In this document: in pieces, positions 63,051 to 64,000 of the stretch
How positions within the stretch are numbered: position 1 is the stretch's first letter
How the letters are laid out: every line of letters begins with the position of its first letter
Assembly: GCA_036785375.1 (NCBI GenBank)
Contig: JAWMAR010000013.1
Location: forward strand, 1,240,001-1,304,000
Direction: 5' to 3'
DNA from: Leucoraja ocellata
Lineage: Eukaryota
DNA length: 64,000 nt
The notes under the pieces: generated by a model
Seen by the model: only the letters and a program-made list of their open reading frames with translations
The model's database searches: none
What the model was told of the DNA's origin: nothing
Translations under genes and position numbers: made by a program

Positions 63051-63739
63051 TTACAGTAATAAATGAAGTAATTAGATTTATCGAAGTATTGTATAAGATG
63101 CACATATTGCACTTTGACACAACATATGGTAAAAACTCATTTGTTTTATATTTGATAATGTGCATAATGATAATATTTGATAAAATGCAGCAAATTCATC
63201 ACCATTCCAGACATCCTTTAACACATTTTATGGTGGCTGAGCAGATACGGATAATGGAAGATGTCAGTTATGCAATAAGTGCACTTCAACACTACTTACA
63301 AATTAAGTGGCATAACACTTGAAAATGGAAACTACTCAAAATGTCATCAGGATCAAGTTTACAATGCATGAATGACCTCAGGTACTCTAATTGACAGCAG
63401 CCAATGTTAGTGATAGTCCACAAGCAAAAACTAGACATCATTTAGTGGGTTAACTAGAAAACAGATGATTTTATAAATGCAGGAAAATAAATTCAGATCC
63501 TTAAAAATCTCAATCAGTTTGTTTCTTGATATAATCTATTCAGTGTGTGTAGCTCTTATTAGTCTGATGGGTTTAAATTCCTTCTGAGGATAGTTTTGCT
63601 ACGTTCTGAAAATTCTGTTGTGTTTGCTTGTTCTGCTTTCAAATCCTTGCTTTCATTGGTACCATCTTACTTTGTATCAATCTTGTCTCAAAGGTCAGAA
63701 GTCCAGGACTTGAGTACTTAGTCTCTGCTGCTCTTCCAG

Positions 63740-63911
63740 TAGAAACATAGAAAATAGGTGCAGGAGTAGGCCATTCGGCCCATCGAGCCTGCACCGCCAT
63801 TCAATATGATCATGGCTGATCATCCAACTCAGTATCCTGTACCTGCTTTCTCTCCATACCCCCTGATCCCTTTAGCCACAAGGGCCACATCTAACTCCCT
63901 GTTAAATATAG
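63740..63911 (-). mobile_element. Young CR1-clade LINE 3' end, inserted in a possible DeuSINE remnant
   Basis: Near-identical to 1319-1405; flanks ggacttgagtac...ccagt / gcagtggagtgctg resemble Deu-type SINE. Confidence 0.8.
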
Positions 63912-64000
63912 CAGTGGAGTGCTGTATGTTGATCAATTGTCTTATGGGTGAATTAAAATTATTAAAATTCCCTTAATATCACTCAAAGAGCATGACTTTC

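Overview
Vertebrate genomic DNA. The repeat content (HE1-like V-SINEs, CR1/HER1-like LINEs, Rex1/Babar, Penelope) points to a cartilaginous fish, probably a skate or ray (inference). Three spliced genes were reconstructed exon by exon, with GT-AG boundaries and consistent phases. DDX31 is on the minus strand: coding exons 1-14 plus the first 14 nt of exon 15, which runs off the left edge. GTF3C4 is on the plus strand, complete (5 coding exons, 788 aa) and head-to-head with DDX31 across a CpG-island promoter. The last two coding exons of AK8 are on the minus strand. This is the same order as human 9q34. Introns carry many TE fragments and several repeat-free, TAAT-rich blocks that look like conserved enhancers. 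The most striking unannotated signal is a dispersed family of minimal hammerhead-ribozyme motifs (CTGAnGA-A-stem II-GAAAC/TGTH) at Penelope-like element ends. Several sit in short, TSD-flanked fold-back insertions that turn around at the ribozyme, including a perfect 95-bp-arm palindrome at 38298-38488. Repeat boundaries are approximate; no alignments or folding were computed.
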